DNA of 32,000 nucleotides from Methanosphaera sp. (GTDB taxonomy: Archaea; Methanobacteriota; Methanobacteria; Methanobacteriales; Methanobacteriaceae), in the NCBI RefSeq assembly GCF_016282985.1, contig NZ_JAEELZ010000041.1, forward strand, positions 17,498 through 49,497, read 5' to 3'. The position numbers and the translations under genes were made by a program. The notes beneath the pieces are model-generated. The model made no database searches and was not told the DNA's origin. It worked only from the letters and a program-made list of their open reading frames with translations. Within the stretch, counting starts at the first letter, position 1. Each line of letters opens with the position of its first letter. Shown piece by piece: positions 1 through 9,641 of this stretch.

Positions 1-514
1 TCAATCATTAATGACTCCTGATTTTGATTCATTGGAAATTACAGGTGGTGAACCATTAATTCATAGTGAATATATTAAAGATTTCCTTTTAAAATATAAT
101 TACAGGGCAATGCTTGAAACTAATGCCACATTACCTGAGAATTTACTGGATTTGGTGGATGTCATTGACATTGTTTCTATGGATATTAAATTACCCGAGC
201 ATTTTGATACAAAAAATGAGTGGTTAACTGTATATGAAAATGAATTAAAATCTATTAGGATAATGGAAGATAATAATTTAAAATATTATGTTAAAATAGT
301 TGTATCTCCAACAACATCTACTAAAATTATTGAAGATATTTTGAATGATCTGAAGACTATTGTTAGTAGTGATGTGGAACTTATTGTTCAACCGGTTAGT
401 CCGATGTCATTATGGGATAGTAAAAAAAATCTGTTTACAATATCCGAATTAATAGGGAAATATTATAATGTGTCAATAATCCCTCAAATTCATAAATACC
501 TGGAAATAGAATAA
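1..514 (+). CDS. Radical-SAM enzyme, 7-carboxy-7-deazaguanine synthase (QueE)-like, C-terminal part; 5' end lies outside the window
   Basis: The track ORF 11..514 stays open upstream to base 2 in the same frame. Motifs ITGGEPL, LETNAT and VSMDIKLP resemble the QueE/activase-type radical-SAM C-terminal half. A T9 run follows the stop. Confidence 0.55.
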   Translation, partial: QSLMTPDFDSLEITGGEPLIHSEYIKDFLLKYNYRAMLETNATLPENLLDLVDVIDIVSMDIKLPEHFDTKNEWLTVYENELKSIRIMEDNNLKYYVKIVVSPTTSTKIIEDILNDLKTIVSSDVELIVQPVSPMSLWDSKKNLFTISELIGKYYNVSIIPQIHKYLEIE

Positions 515-528
515 GTTTCATTCACTTC

Positions 529-537
529 TTTTTTTTT
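529..537 (+). terminator. Oligo-T (T9) terminator after the QueE-like gene
   Basis: The T9 run starts 15 nt after the stop codon at 512-514. Confidence 0.45.
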
Positions 538-784
538 AATATTATGGTTTCCGACATAATTATCTTTTGTTGTTTTGTATTACTTTTTTGTAATTGGAAC
601 AAAGATTATTAGCTATTATTATTTAGTAATACCTTTATTCTGTCAAAAAAAAATATTTTTGTCGGAGACTCGATTAATTTAGTAATATCATTTAATGTTT
701 AAAGAAAAGAATAGTATATAATAAAAAACATAATAGTAATTATGTTATTATAAAAATTTTTAATAACCCGGAGTAGTGATTAAC

Positions 785-1363
785 ATGGAATTAGAAATGG
801 ATAACAATTTTGGTATTAAAGATGCTGTAACATATGATGTTATTACAGCAAGTAGTGATACTGTTATATCGGATATAGCAGATATAATGACTAAAAATGA
901 TATTAGTTCCGTGGTTATAGAAGATGAAAAAGTAGAAGGAATAGTTACAACCAATAATATTATTTCTAAGGTTGTATCAAAAAATATTTCGCCACAGGAC
1001 ATATCTGCAGGCATGGTTATGGAAAAATATGTTGGAATAAATTCTGATGCTTCATTAAACGAAGCTTCTTCTGTAATGATAAAGAATAATTGTAAAGTTT
1101 TATTGGTCTTTGAAGAAGAAGAATTTAAGGGTATTTTGACTTTAACGGATATTGTTCGTGTATCCCCTGAACTTATTGAAATTTTTGTAGAACAGAAAAA
1201 TATTGATGATAAAAATTTCCATGATGATGCAAACTATTCAAACGACTATGATGAAAACTTAGACGAAGGTGTTTGTGAAAACTGTGGTGTATATGGTCAA
1301 TTAGATGAAAGGGATGGCCAATTCCTTTGTTCAGAATGTATCGATGATGACTTAGACAGTTAA
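785..1363 (+). CDS. CBS-pair domain protein with C-terminal zinc ribbon
   Basis: Track frame 776..1363. I prefer ATG 785 (GGAG at 770-773, 11-nt spacer) because GTG 776 is only 2 nt from that GGAG. Two CBS motifs are present (GIVTTNNII, GILTLTDIV), followed by an acidic linker and CENC-x14-CSEC. Confidence 0.8.
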   Translation: MELEMDNNFGIKDAVTYDVITASSDTVISDIADIMTKNDISSVVIEDEKVEGIVTTNNIISKVVSKNISPQDISAGMVMEKYVGINSDASLNEASSVMIKNNCKVLLVFEEEEFKGILTLTDIVRVSPELIEIFVEQKNIDDKNFHDDANYSNDYDENLDEGVCENCGVYGQLDERDGQFLCSECIDDDLDS

Positions 1364-1412
1364 ATAATAACAGCATTCAATTATTACTTAAACAACTGAT
1401 GGAGACGAATAT

Positions 1413-2345
1413 ATGAAAAATAAATTAATCAAAAAATTAAAAAACTATGATAACTTAAATTTACAAACTAAAAAAGCAGACAATGATGGAGACATAATGG
1501 ACATAGCATTTAAAGATGTTGTTACAGCTTCACAAAGTTCAACCATAATTGAAATTGCAAATTTAATGAGTCAAAAAGACATCAGAAGAGTTCCAATTAC
1601 AGATCCTGGAACCGGTAAATTAATTGGAATAGTAACCACAATGGATATCCTCGATTTCTTTGGAGGAGGAAAAAAATACAGTTTAATAACTGATAAACAT
1701 AAAGGAAACTTCTTATCAGCTATAAACGCACCAATAAAAGAAATTATGACTACCGGCGTAAAAACAATGACTAATAAGGATACAATTCTTGATGCCGTAG
1801 ATTTAATGTTGGAAGATGATATTGGAGGATTCCCTATTGTAAATTCTGAAAACAAAATTGTAGGTATGGTTACCGAAGGAGACGTTGTAAAAAAATTACA
1901 AAAATTAATTTCTGATGTTGAAGTTCAGGATGTCATGGCTACTGATTTAATTACAACAACACCTGGTACAAAAATAGAAGCAATTACAAAAATAATGGTT
2001 AGAAATTCATTAAGAAGAATTCCTATAGTGGGAGAAGACATTAAGTCAAATTCCAAAGAAGAAAAATTATTAGGTTTCATTACAGCTTCAGACATACTTA
2101 AATACATAGGTGAACATAAATTATTCGCTAAATTGTTCTCAAATGAAGGGGAAGATGTTGTAAATATTCCTGTTGAAGAATTGATGGTAACTGACGTAAT
2201 ATCAGTATCAAAATATGATAACCTGTCTGATGTAGCTGAAGTAATGTTTGATAAAAACATCAGAGGTTTAACAGTAGTGGACGATGAAACAGGAAAATTG
2301 ATTGGTATAATTACAATAAGAGATTTATTAAAAGCTGTAATATAA
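1413..2345 (+). CDS. CBS-domain protein (four CBS motifs)
   Basis: 310-aa ORF with GGAG about 8 nt upstream. It has repeated CBS hallmarks: RRVPITD...GIVTTMDIL, GGFPIVNSENKIVGMVTEGDV, RRIPIVGE...GFITASDIL, RGLTVVDDETGKLIGIITIRDLL. Confidence 0.85.
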   Translation: MKNKLIKKLKNYDNLNLQTKKADNDGDIMDIAFKDVVTASQSSTIIEIANLMSQKDIRRVPITDPGTGKLIGIVTTMDILDFFGGGKKYSLITDKHKGNFLSAINAPIKEIMTTGVKTMTNKDTILDAVDLMLEDDIGGFPIVNSENKIVGMVTEGDVVKKLQKLISDVEVQDVMATDLITTTPGTKIEAITKIMVRNSLRRIPIVGEDIKSNSKEEKLLGFITASDILKYIGEHKLFAKLFSNEGEDVVNIPVEELMVTDVISVSKYDNLSDVAEVMFDKNIRGLTVVDDETGKLIGIITIRDLLKAVI

Positions 2346-2454
2346 AATCAATAATAATACCTCTTTTTAAATATTATTAAAAGGGAAATATTTTATACCA
2401 AAAAAGAGTAATAGTATTATTATAAGGTTTAAAAAATTTATGGAGTTGATTTTA

Positions 2455-3279
2455 ATGACAATAGAAAATGTAATGGCTAAAGGGATAGTAACAGTACGCA
2501 AAGATCAAACAGTATCTGATGCTTTAAAACTAATGAGTAAACATAAAATCTCAAGATTGCCTGTCATCTCTCCTAAAACTGATGAACTTGTTGGAATAAT
2601 CACTGAAAAAGATATGGCACTTAAAATTGCTTCAGCAAAATACGAAGATGTACCATTATCTCATATGAGAATTTCTACAATTATGACTGATAATGTTATA
2701 ACTGCAGACATTTCAGAATCCAAAGTACAAGTTCTTAAAAAAATGGTTGAAAATCATATTGGTGGAATTCCAATTATGGATGGAGACAAAATTGTTGGTA
2801 TGGTCACCAAAACAGACTTCTTAAAAGAAGCTGATATGGTTCCATTTGAAAATACTCAAATAAAAGATGTCATGACTAAACGTGTAATTACAGTTGGTCC
2901 TGATGACAGATTAGTACACGCAAGAAGATTAATGATTGATAATGACATTGCAAGACTGGTAGTAGTTAGCTCTGGTGTTATCATGGGTATTATAACTGCA
3001 AAAGATGTTGCAAAAACAGTTATTGATTTCAAAAAACGTGTACCTGAAAAATATCAACATTCTCAAATAAGAAACTTATTTGTACAAGAAGTTATGTCTC
3101 AAACTATTGAAACAACCACTAAAGATGCTACAATTCCTGAAGTAGCAAAAATAATGATTGAAAAAGAGTTTAGTGGAATGCCTGTGGCTGATGATAAAAA
3201 CAAAGTGCAGGGTATAGTTTCAAAAACTGATTTACTAAAACACATATATGATTTCAATAGAAAAAGAGGAAATTACTAA
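2455..3279 (+). CDS. CBS-domain protein (four CBS motifs)
   Basis: Track frame 2440..3279. ATG 2455 has GGAG (2442-2445) 9 nt upstream, so I prefer it; ATG 2440 remains possible. Motifs: SRLPVISPKTDELVGIITEKDM, GGIPIMDGDKIVGMVTKTDF, ARLVVVSSGVIMGIITAKDV, SGMPVADDKNKVQGIVSKTDLL. Confidence 0.85.
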   Translation: MTIENVMAKGIVTVRKDQTVSDALKLMSKHKISRLPVISPKTDELVGIITEKDMALKIASAKYEDVPLSHMRISTIMTDNVITADISESKVQVLKKMVENHIGGIPIMDGDKIVGMVTKTDFLKEADMVPFENTQIKDVMTKRVITVGPDDRLVHARRLMIDNDIARLVVVSSGVIMGIITAKDVAKTVIDFKKRVPEKYQHSQIRNLFVQEVMSQTIETTTKDATIPEVAKIMIEKEFSGMPVADDKNKVQGIVSKTDLLKHIYDFNRKRGNY

Positions 3280-3390
3280 TTAATTTCCTTTAAACCTTAT
3301 TTTTTTAAACACGACTATTTTTTATTTACTTTTAAAATTTTACTAATTCTTCACAATACTTAAAAATTTAGTTATACATAGTAATATATA

Positions 3391-4227
3391 ATGGAAAAAA
3401 ATAAACAGATAGGTTATCTAGGACCTGAAGGTACATTTTCTCATGAAGCTGTGTTAAACTATGTGGATGAGGATTCTAAAATTGTTCCTTTTGATAATAT
3501 ATTACATATTTTTGAATCAGTGGAACAAGGGGATATCGACGAAGCTGTAGTCCCTATAGAAAATTCAACCGAAGGATCAGTATTGGTAACTTTGGATGCT
3601 TTAACATATTTTGATTTAAATATTGTAAAGGAATTGGAATTGCCTATTAAACATAATCTTTTGGCACAAAAGGGTTCTTCAATAGATGACATTACAGTAA
3701 TATGTTCTCATCAGCAAGCACTGGCACAATGCAGGAAATATCTTAATAAATTAAATAAACAGGTTCATGCAATGTCAAGTACTGCTACTGCAGCACGTTA
3801 CGTTACGGAATTGTCCTCAGCAGCAGTTATAGGTAATGAAATTTTATCTCAGAAGTATAATCTGGAAATAATAGCCAGTAATATTCAGGATTATGATAAT
3901 AATCTTACACGTTTTGTTGTTATTTCCAAATCTTTTCAGGAAGAAATTACTGGAAATGACAAAACTTCGATAGTTATCTCTCTTAAAGGAGATAAACCTG
4001 GTGGATTGTATGAAATACTGCGTGTTTTTGCTGAAGAAGATATAAATCTTACAAAAATAGAATCAAGACCTTCAAAAAAGGGAATGGGTAACTATTTGTT
4101 TTTTATTGATATGCAGGGACATAGAAATGAATCTCATATAAATAAAACATTATCCGTCATTGAATCCGAGGTAAGCATGATAAAAATATTGGGTTCGTAT
4201 GCAACCATAAATGTTGGGGGGAATTAA
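3391..4227 (+). CDS. pheA: Prephenate dehydratase (PDT domain plus ACT domain, no chorismate mutase domain)
   Basis: 278 aa. It starts with the IGYLGPEGTFSHEA N-terminus, has the TRF motif (LTRFVVIS), and has an ACT domain with the ESRP motif (LTKIESRPSKK). Confidence 0.9.
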   Translation: MEKNKQIGYLGPEGTFSHEAVLNYVDEDSKIVPFDNILHIFESVEQGDIDEAVVPIENSTEGSVLVTLDALTYFDLNIVKELELPIKHNLLAQKGSSIDDITVICSHQQALAQCRKYLNKLNKQVHAMSSTATAARYVTELSSAAVIGNEILSQKYNLEIIASNIQDYDNNLTRFVVISKSFQEEITGNDKTSIVISLKGDKPGGLYEILRVFAEEDINLTKIESRPSKKGMGNYLFFIDMQGHRNESHINKTLSVIESEVSMIKILGSYATINVGGN

Positions 4228-4903
4228 AATAGTTAGAGAAAGCTCTCGACACAGCATAGAAAGAAAATTAAAAGAACTGGAAGAAGAAAAAGATAAGGGA
4301 AATATTTCTCTTGAAGATTATGATACTTTACGAATTCGTTATGAAAGAAAATTAGGAAACAAAGAAACAGTATCTAAATTACAGGAACAAAAAGGTTTTA
4401 AACCATCAATCATTAAAGAAAAAAAGGCTAAAAAACAAGAGTTGTATGATGATTTTGTAGATAAATATTCTAAAAGTGAAGGAAAAGACTATGGAGAAAT
4501 ACAACGTTCAAAAATGTTCAATAAATCTACGAAAAGAGCATTTATAATTCTTTTCATATTATTGGCATTTGCAATTGGTATTTTGGCAGGATTTTCTGCA
4601 ATCAGTTCTAATCAACAGAATACAACACCGAATGTTACTATATCTGATTCTGCTTTTAGTGCTAATCAGACAATTACACAACAGACTAATATTTCTGCAG
4701 ATACTTCAAATATAACTTATAACAACACTAAAAAAACAACTAAGAAAAAAACAACCACTAAAAAGTCATCAAGTTCAAATTCATCATCAAGTTCGTCTAC
4801 ATCCGGGTCGGATAGTAGTTCATCATCAAGCAGTAAAAAACAGTCTAGTTCAGGTTCATCAGATACAAGTAAAAAAAGTAGTTATTCTTCAAGGAGTAAT
4901 TAA
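4211..4903 (+). CDS. Single-pass membrane protein with SHOCT-like N-terminal segment and Ser/Thr/Lys-rich extracellular tail
   Basis: ATG 4211 overlaps the pheA 3' end by 17 nt. GNISLEDYDTLRIRYERKL resembles a SHOCT motif. A TM helix (AFIILFILLAFAIGILAGFSAI) is followed by a low-complexity tail (KKTTKKKTTTKKSSSSNSSSSSSTSGSDSSSSSSS...). Confidence 0.6.
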   Translation: MLGGIKIVRESSRHSIERKLKELEEEKDKGNISLEDYDTLRIRYERKLGNKETVSKLQEQKGFKPSIIKEKKAKKQELYDDFVDKYSKSEGKDYGEIQRSKMFNKSTKRAFIILFILLAFAIGILAGFSAISSNQQNTTPNVTISDSAFSANQTITQQTNISADTSNITYNNTKKTTKKKTTTKKSSSSNSSSSSSTSGSDSSSSSSSKKQSSSGSSDTSKKSSYSSRSN

Positions 4904-4920
4904 AAAATTGGGGTTAAAAT

Positions 4921-5520
4921 ATGAAATTAAATAAAACATTGGTATTGGTTCCATTATTAATAATTCTTGTTGTTTCATTAAGCGGTTGTATAACCGATGG
5001 TTTAATTAAATCCGGTGAAACATTTGAAGCAAATGGGATAACATTCCAATATCCTGAGAGTTGGCAAGTAGTTAATAGTGTTGCCGAAGGATCTGTAGCT
5101 GCAGTTGCATCTAAAGAGAATTCACAAATTTCAACAGTTATTCAACAGGTACCTTCAGAACTTGGAACAGATATTCAATCTGCTTGCAGTAACAATAATA
5201 AAAATTTAGTACAATCTCCAAACTATATTAACCTTCAGGAGGTTAAAACATCAGTAAATGGACAACCGGTAATTTTACATAGATATATAGTAAATGAAGC
5301 TGATGGTTCACAGAAGGAACATGTTGCTACATGGATTCAGATGAGCGATGGAAAATTATATGTAGTACTCTTTAACACACCTCTTGAATCATATGAGCAA
5401 GAAAGATCAAGTTATGATTTAATCGTCGGTACCTTTGCATTACAGGGAGATTCAAACGGTAATGGTAGCTCATTACAAGCACAATTAATGGAACGAATAA
5501 ATGCGTTTTTCTCAATTTAG
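4921..5520 (+). CDS. Secreted/lipoprotein-like hypothetical protein
   Basis: 199 aa with GGGG about 8 nt upstream. The N-terminal signal sequence ends in a lipobox-like LSGC. I recognise no family. Confidence 0.6.
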   Translation: MKLNKTLVLVPLLIILVVSLSGCITDGLIKSGETFEANGITFQYPESWQVVNSVAEGSVAAVASKENSQISTVIQQVPSELGTDIQSACSNNNKNLVQSPNYINLQEVKTSVNGQPVILHRYIVNEADGSQKEHVATWIQMSDGKLYVVLFNTPLESYEQERSSYDLIVGTFALQGDSNGNGSSLQAQLMERINAFFSI

Positions 5521-5529
5521 GGCGATAAA

Positions 5530-6684
5530 ATGAAAATAATATTATGTATAACTGGTAGTATAGCCGCTACGGAAGATTTGAAATTAGTTCATGAATTACA
5601 AAGGCACGGGTTTGATGTTGAATGCTTTATGACTGAAGCAGCAACCGAAATAATCACTCCTTTATCAATGGAATTTGCAACTAAAAAAAGGGTAGTTACT
5701 AAGATTACTGGTTATGTTGAACATGTAACAAATGCACAGGCAGATTTAATTCTTGTTGCTCCTGCAACGGCCAATACTATCAGTAAATTTGCTCATAAAG
5801 TTGCAGACACTACAGTAACAACATTGTTATTAACGGCTAGTGGGTATGATACTCCGATATTATTTGTTCCTTCCATGCATATTTCAATGTATGATGCTAT
5901 TAGTGAAAATATACGAAAGATTAGGGAAGATAACAAAAATGTCTATTTCATGGAACCTAATGAAGCTGAACGTAAGGCTAAGTTTCCGTCAAAACATGAT
6001 ATCGTTCTGGAAGTTGAGAGATTAACTTCAGCTAAAAAGCTGTCTGGAAAAAATGTTATGATTGCCACAGGCGCAACTTTTGAAAAAATGGATGCTATGC
6101 GTGGTTTAACTAATAGAAGTTCTGGAAGGATGGGTGTTGAAATAGCTAAGGAGTTTTATCGTCAGGGTGCAAATGTTACATTAATATGTGGTTTAATGCA
6201 TGTTCATGTTCCAAAAGTCTTTGCACGGGTTGATGTAGAATCTACACGAGAAATGGTGGATGCAGTTACTCAAAGAATTAAAGATATGGATATTTATGTT
6301 TCAGTAGCAGCAATATCTGATTTTACATTTGAAGATGTATCCCTTGGAAAGATTTCTTCCGATGAGGATATAACTGTTAAATTAACAAGATTGCCTAAGT
6401 TATTGGAACAAGTTAAAAAAATTAATCCTGACGTATTTGCAGTGGGTTTTAAAGCTGAAGCAGGTCTCAATGAGGATGAGTTAATACAAAAAGCTAAAAA
6501 CCGCATGCAAAAATATGATTTGGATATGATTGTTGCAAATGATATTTTGGTTGAAGATGGCGGACCCGGCTCAAATAATAATGAAGTTTACATTATTGAT
6601 AAAGAGGATTATGAAAAAGTGTCCCTGGATTCTAAAAGCAATGTTTCTAAAAAAATAGTTGAAAAAGTATGTTTATTCTTTTAA
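5530..6684 (+). CDS. coaBC: Bifunctional phosphopantothenoylcysteine decarboxylase / phosphopantothenate-cysteine ligase
   Basis: 384 aa. The N-terminal flavoprotein half has MKIILCITGSIAA and APATANTISKFA. The C-terminal CoaB-like half has ITGATFEK-type, SSGRMG and AAISDF motifs. Confidence 0.9.
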   Translation: MKIILCITGSIAATEDLKLVHELQRHGFDVECFMTEAATEIITPLSMEFATKKRVVTKITGYVEHVTNAQADLILVAPATANTISKFAHKVADTTVTTLLLTASGYDTPILFVPSMHISMYDAISENIRKIREDNKNVYFMEPNEAERKAKFPSKHDIVLEVERLTSAKKLSGKNVMIATGATFEKMDAMRGLTNRSSGRMGVEIAKEFYRQGANVTLICGLMHVHVPKVFARVDVESTREMVDAVTQRIKDMDIYVSVAAISDFTFEDVSLGKISSDEDITVKLTRLPKLLEQVKKINPDVFAVGFKAEAGLNEDELIQKAKNRMQKYDLDMIVANDILVEDGGPGSNNNEVYIIDKEDYEKVSLDSKSNVSKKIVEKVCLFF

Positions 6685-6704
6685 ACTTTTTTTGCATACT
6701 TTTT

Positions 6705-7370
6705 TTAAAATGATTTTTCGCAAATAAACGCAATATGGTCCTTCTCATAAGGGTCAAGTTTTATTTCTTCAATAACTTTAAGACCACCCTCTTTTAAATT
6801 CTTTTTTTCCTGCCTAAAAATATCATTTGGTTTCATTGTCACATCAATACTTCTAGCTTTTATCATTAATATGCCAATGGTATCTTCTTTTGAAAATAGT
6901 TTGAAATTATCAAGGAACAATTTTGTCTGAGTAGCTTGAGCAACATCACTATAAATTACATCTACTTTCTCAACCAGGTGTTGGTAATTTGTTGGACGGG
7001 TGGCATCATCCAATATCGGAAGAAGATTTTCACGTAAGGCCGAAACGTCAAGGAAGTCACGCATCATTGTAGGGGAAAATTCTACAGAATATATTCTACC
7101 TTCAGTACATATGTCCGAAATGTGGGAAGGGGTTGTACCGGCTGAAGCTCCTAAATATAAAACTTTGGAATCTTTTTTAAATGGAAATGTATGCAATCCC
7201 TTAATAATGCTTGCAGCTAATTTGGAACGTCTGGGATTCCATAAACGCAATTCCTTGTCTTCATATTCCAGCAATTTTTCCTGATAAACCTGTACGCCGG
7301 GAGTTAAATTAACAGTAGCTATATTATTGTCTACCTGATAAACATTTTCACCGATCTTATTAATCTGCAT
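6705..7370 (-). CDS. flpA: Fibrillarin-like rRNA/tRNA 2'-O-methyltransferase
   Basis: 221 aa. It has LRLWNPRRSKLAA and the SAM-binding motif VLYLGASAGTTPSHISDI. It starts 11 nt downstream of nop5, the classic archaeal nop5-flpA operon arrangement. Confidence 0.95.
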   Translation of the reverse strand: MQINKIGENVYQVDNNIATVNLTPGVQVYQEKLLEYEDKELRLWNPRRSKLAASIIKGLHTFPFKKDSKVLYLGASAGTTPSHISDICTEGRIYSVEFSPTMMRDFLDVSALRENLLPILDDATRPTNYQHLVEKVDVIYSDVAQATQTKLFLDNFKLFSKEDTIGILMIKARSIDVTMKPNDIFRQEKKNLKEGGLKVIEEIKLDPYEKDHIAFICEKSF

Positions 7371-7381
7371 AATTTTTCCTC

Positions 7382-8605
7382 CTAGTAATTGTATTCTCCT
7401 TTACGTAATTTCCTCTTGTTACGTTTCTTTTTCTTTCCCTTTTCTTTTTTAGATTTTTTTCCTTTCTTGGACTTTTTATCATTCTCTTCTTTTTTATTTT
7501 TTTTACGTTCAGGGAAAGGATGTGATTTTTTAATTTCTTCAATTCGTTCATCGAGTTCAACTTTTAAGTTCGGATCATATTCATTACTGAAAGCGTCTTT
7601 TCTTGCGGCAATAGTAATTTTGCTTGCTACAGCACGTGCCAGTTTACCTCTTACCCACCAGTTAGAACCGCGAATGCTTGGATGTTGGAAGATAAGACCA
7701 TGTTTAGGGGGATTTTCACCAGTCTTCAAATGTCTAAATATTGCTTTTTCTGCCCCGATAATCTGTATGGTACTGCTTGGAAGTTTTGCAAGATTTTCCA
7801 ATCCATTAGTGTGTGCAATTAATTTGGCGGCAAGATTGGCACCTGCAACGTCATACATATTGGGTGCAACCTCTTTAATTTTTTCATCAATATATTCTTC
7901 CAGTTCATTTTTACTTTCATATAAACTGTAAACGCTGTTTGCAAATGATTTGATAATTTCCAAATCACTTTCACTAATGTCCACATCATAATTTTCGGAT
8001 AAAGAAACATGTGTATTATCTAAAATTCTGGAGTTTATGATGTTTTCACGGGATGTTTGTGTTGCAATAACTTTGGAATACAATTCATGATTATGTAACT
8101 TTTCCATCTCAGGCAAATAAGGAGTACACCATTCACGTAAACGTTCAATTAATTTTCCGGCAGTATCTTCAATTTCTTCAAGTGAATTGATTGTTTCAAC
8201 AATCATAACGTCATTTGTTTTAATTGATTCCCTAATTTTTTCGGAAGTTATCTCATTGTAAGTTTCATTCATTGTCTTTCTTATGTTCGCATCAGTAAGT
8301 TGAGTTAATACTTCATCAAAATGTTCTCTGATATAGTCTCCATGAACGGTAGTCTTTTCAACAGATATTTTTTCTATTTCATCAATTTCATAACTGGACT
8401 TTGTTTTAAGTGTTTCAATGATAATTTCATCATATTTTTCGGAAAGTCTTGTTATAAGTTCAAGTTCTTCTTCGATGATCTGTTTCTGTTGAATTTTCTC
8501 TAAAATTTCAATCTGTTTTTTCTCAAACAAGAATTTATCAACAACATTAAATTCTTCATCTGTAGCAATAAATCCAAAACTAGTTGTGGTAATAAAAGCT
8601 TTCAT
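7382..8605 (-). CDS. nop5: Nop5 (Nop56/58) box C/D sRNP core protein with KKE-rich tail
   Basis: 407 aa. Nop-domain motifs are present (IGAEKAIFRHLKTG, PKHGLIFQHP), and the C-terminus is Lys/Glu-rich (KKNKKEENDKKSKKGKKSKKEKGKKKK). Confidence 0.9.
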   Translation of the reverse strand: MKAFITTTSFGFIATDEEFNVVDKFLFEKKQIEILEKIQQKQIIEEELELITRLSEKYDEIIIETLKTKSSYEIDEIEKISVEKTTVHGDYIREHFDEVLTQLTDANIRKTMNETYNEITSEKIRESIKTNDVMIVETINSLEEIEDTAGKLIERLREWCTPYLPEMEKLHNHELYSKVIATQTSRENIINSRILDNTHVSLSENYDVDISESDLEIIKSFANSVYSLYESKNELEEYIDEKIKEVAPNMYDVAGANLAAKLIAHTNGLENLAKLPSSTIQIIGAEKAIFRHLKTGENPPKHGLIFQHPSIRGSNWWVRGKLARAVASKITIAARKDAFSNEYDPNLKVELDERIEEIKKSHPFPERKKNKKEENDKKSKKGKKSKKEKGKKKKRNKRKLRKGEYNY

Positions 8606-8711
8606 GTATAATATTTTTAGTATTATTAATTAATATTAATTAAGTTTGAAAGACAAAAATTATAATGATAAAAAATTTACTCTATAAATCAAAAGATAGG
8701 AAAATAGTATT

Positions 8712-9629
8712 ATGTTAAAATCTGACATTTTGGGAATGAAACTTAAAAATCCATTATTTTTAGCAGCAGGTATTCTTGGTACAACTGCAAGTGGTATGAA
8801 AATGGTTGCAAATGCAGGTGCTGGTGGAATTGTAACAAAATCATTTAGTTTGGAGGCAAATGATGGTTATGATAATCCAACAATTGTTAAAATAGAAGGT
8901 GGAGTAATAAACTCGGTGGGTCTGGCAAGTCCGGGAGTTGAAGCAAAAAAGGAAGAACTTAAAGAACTGCAGGAAATGAGAAAGGAAACGCCGGTTATAG
9001 CTTCAATTTATGGTGATAGTGAAGAGGTATTTTGTGAAGTTGCAGAACGTACAAAAGATCTTGTGGATGCATTCGAACTAAATGTGTCCTGTCCACATGC
9101 AAAATGTGGTTTTGGTTCAAACATTGGTGAAAATCCTGAGATGACTTATGACATTGTCAGCAGTGTTAAAGATGCTATTAAAGATGTGCCAATAGTTGTT
9201 AAATTAACGCCAAACGTCACGGACATTACTGAAATTGCTAAGGCAAGTCAGGATGCCGGAGCCGATGCATTAACATTGATAAACAGTGTTGGTCCTGGTT
9301 TAAGGATTGATTATCAAACTGCAAGACCAATATTGAATAATGTTCTTGGTGGAATAGCAGGGCCAATGATAAAACCTATAGCATTAAAGTGTGTATACAA
9401 TACTTACAAAACAGTGGATATACCAATATTTGGTGTTGGTGGAATAAAAGATTATAAGGATGTTCTTGAATTCATGTATGCAGGAGCAAGTTTACTGCAG
9501 ATTGGAACATCAATTATGTATTCCGGACCGGAAATATTCCAGACAATTTCCGATGATTTAAGTAATTTCTTGGAAGAGAATGGATACAAGAATGTGACAG
9601 AGATAATAGGATTATCACATGAGTTATAA
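8712..9629 (+). CDS. pyrD: Dihydroorotate dehydrogenase, class 1B catalytic subunit
   Basis: 305 aa. Motifs: GIVTKS, ELNVSCPHA, LINSVGPG, GVGGI. It is followed directly by pyrK. Confidence 0.9.
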   Translation: MLKSDILGMKLKNPLFLAAGILGTTASGMKMVANAGAGGIVTKSFSLEANDGYDNPTIVKIEGGVINSVGLASPGVEAKKEELKELQEMRKETPVIASIYGDSEEVFCEVAERTKDLVDAFELNVSCPHAKCGFGSNIGENPEMTYDIVSSVKDAIKDVPIVVKLTPNVTDITEIAKASQDAGADALTLINSVGPGLRIDYQTARPILNNVLGGIAGPMIKPIALKCVYNTYKTVDIPIFGVGGIKDYKDVLEFMYAGASLLQIGTSIMYSGPEIFQTISDDLSNFLEENGYKNVTEIIGLSHEL

Positions 9630-9641
9630 GGAGTGTTTATA

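Noticed and set aside
760-2260. Track ORFs on the minus strand at 760..1014, 1173..1376, 1571..1855 and 1925..2260
   Set aside because: They lie entirely antisense to CBS-domain genes with clear family motifs. Their products are low-complexity (Ile/Ser/Phe-rich), as expected from the complement of AT-rich coding DNA. None has a ribosome-binding site or recognisable domain.
5840-6506. Track ORFs 5840..6025 (+) and 6294..6506 (-) within coaBC
   Set aside because: They are out of frame or antisense to a full-length CoaBC with both domains recognisable.
7360-8503. Track ORFs 7389..7931 (+, 180 aa), 7360..7560 (-), 7819..8010 (-) and 8321..8503 (+), all overlapping nop5
   Set aside because: They are antisense or out of frame relative to a strongly supported Nop5 gene. 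The 180-aa Phe/Ser/Leu-rich product is simply the complement of the Lys/Glu-rich tail and Nop domain.
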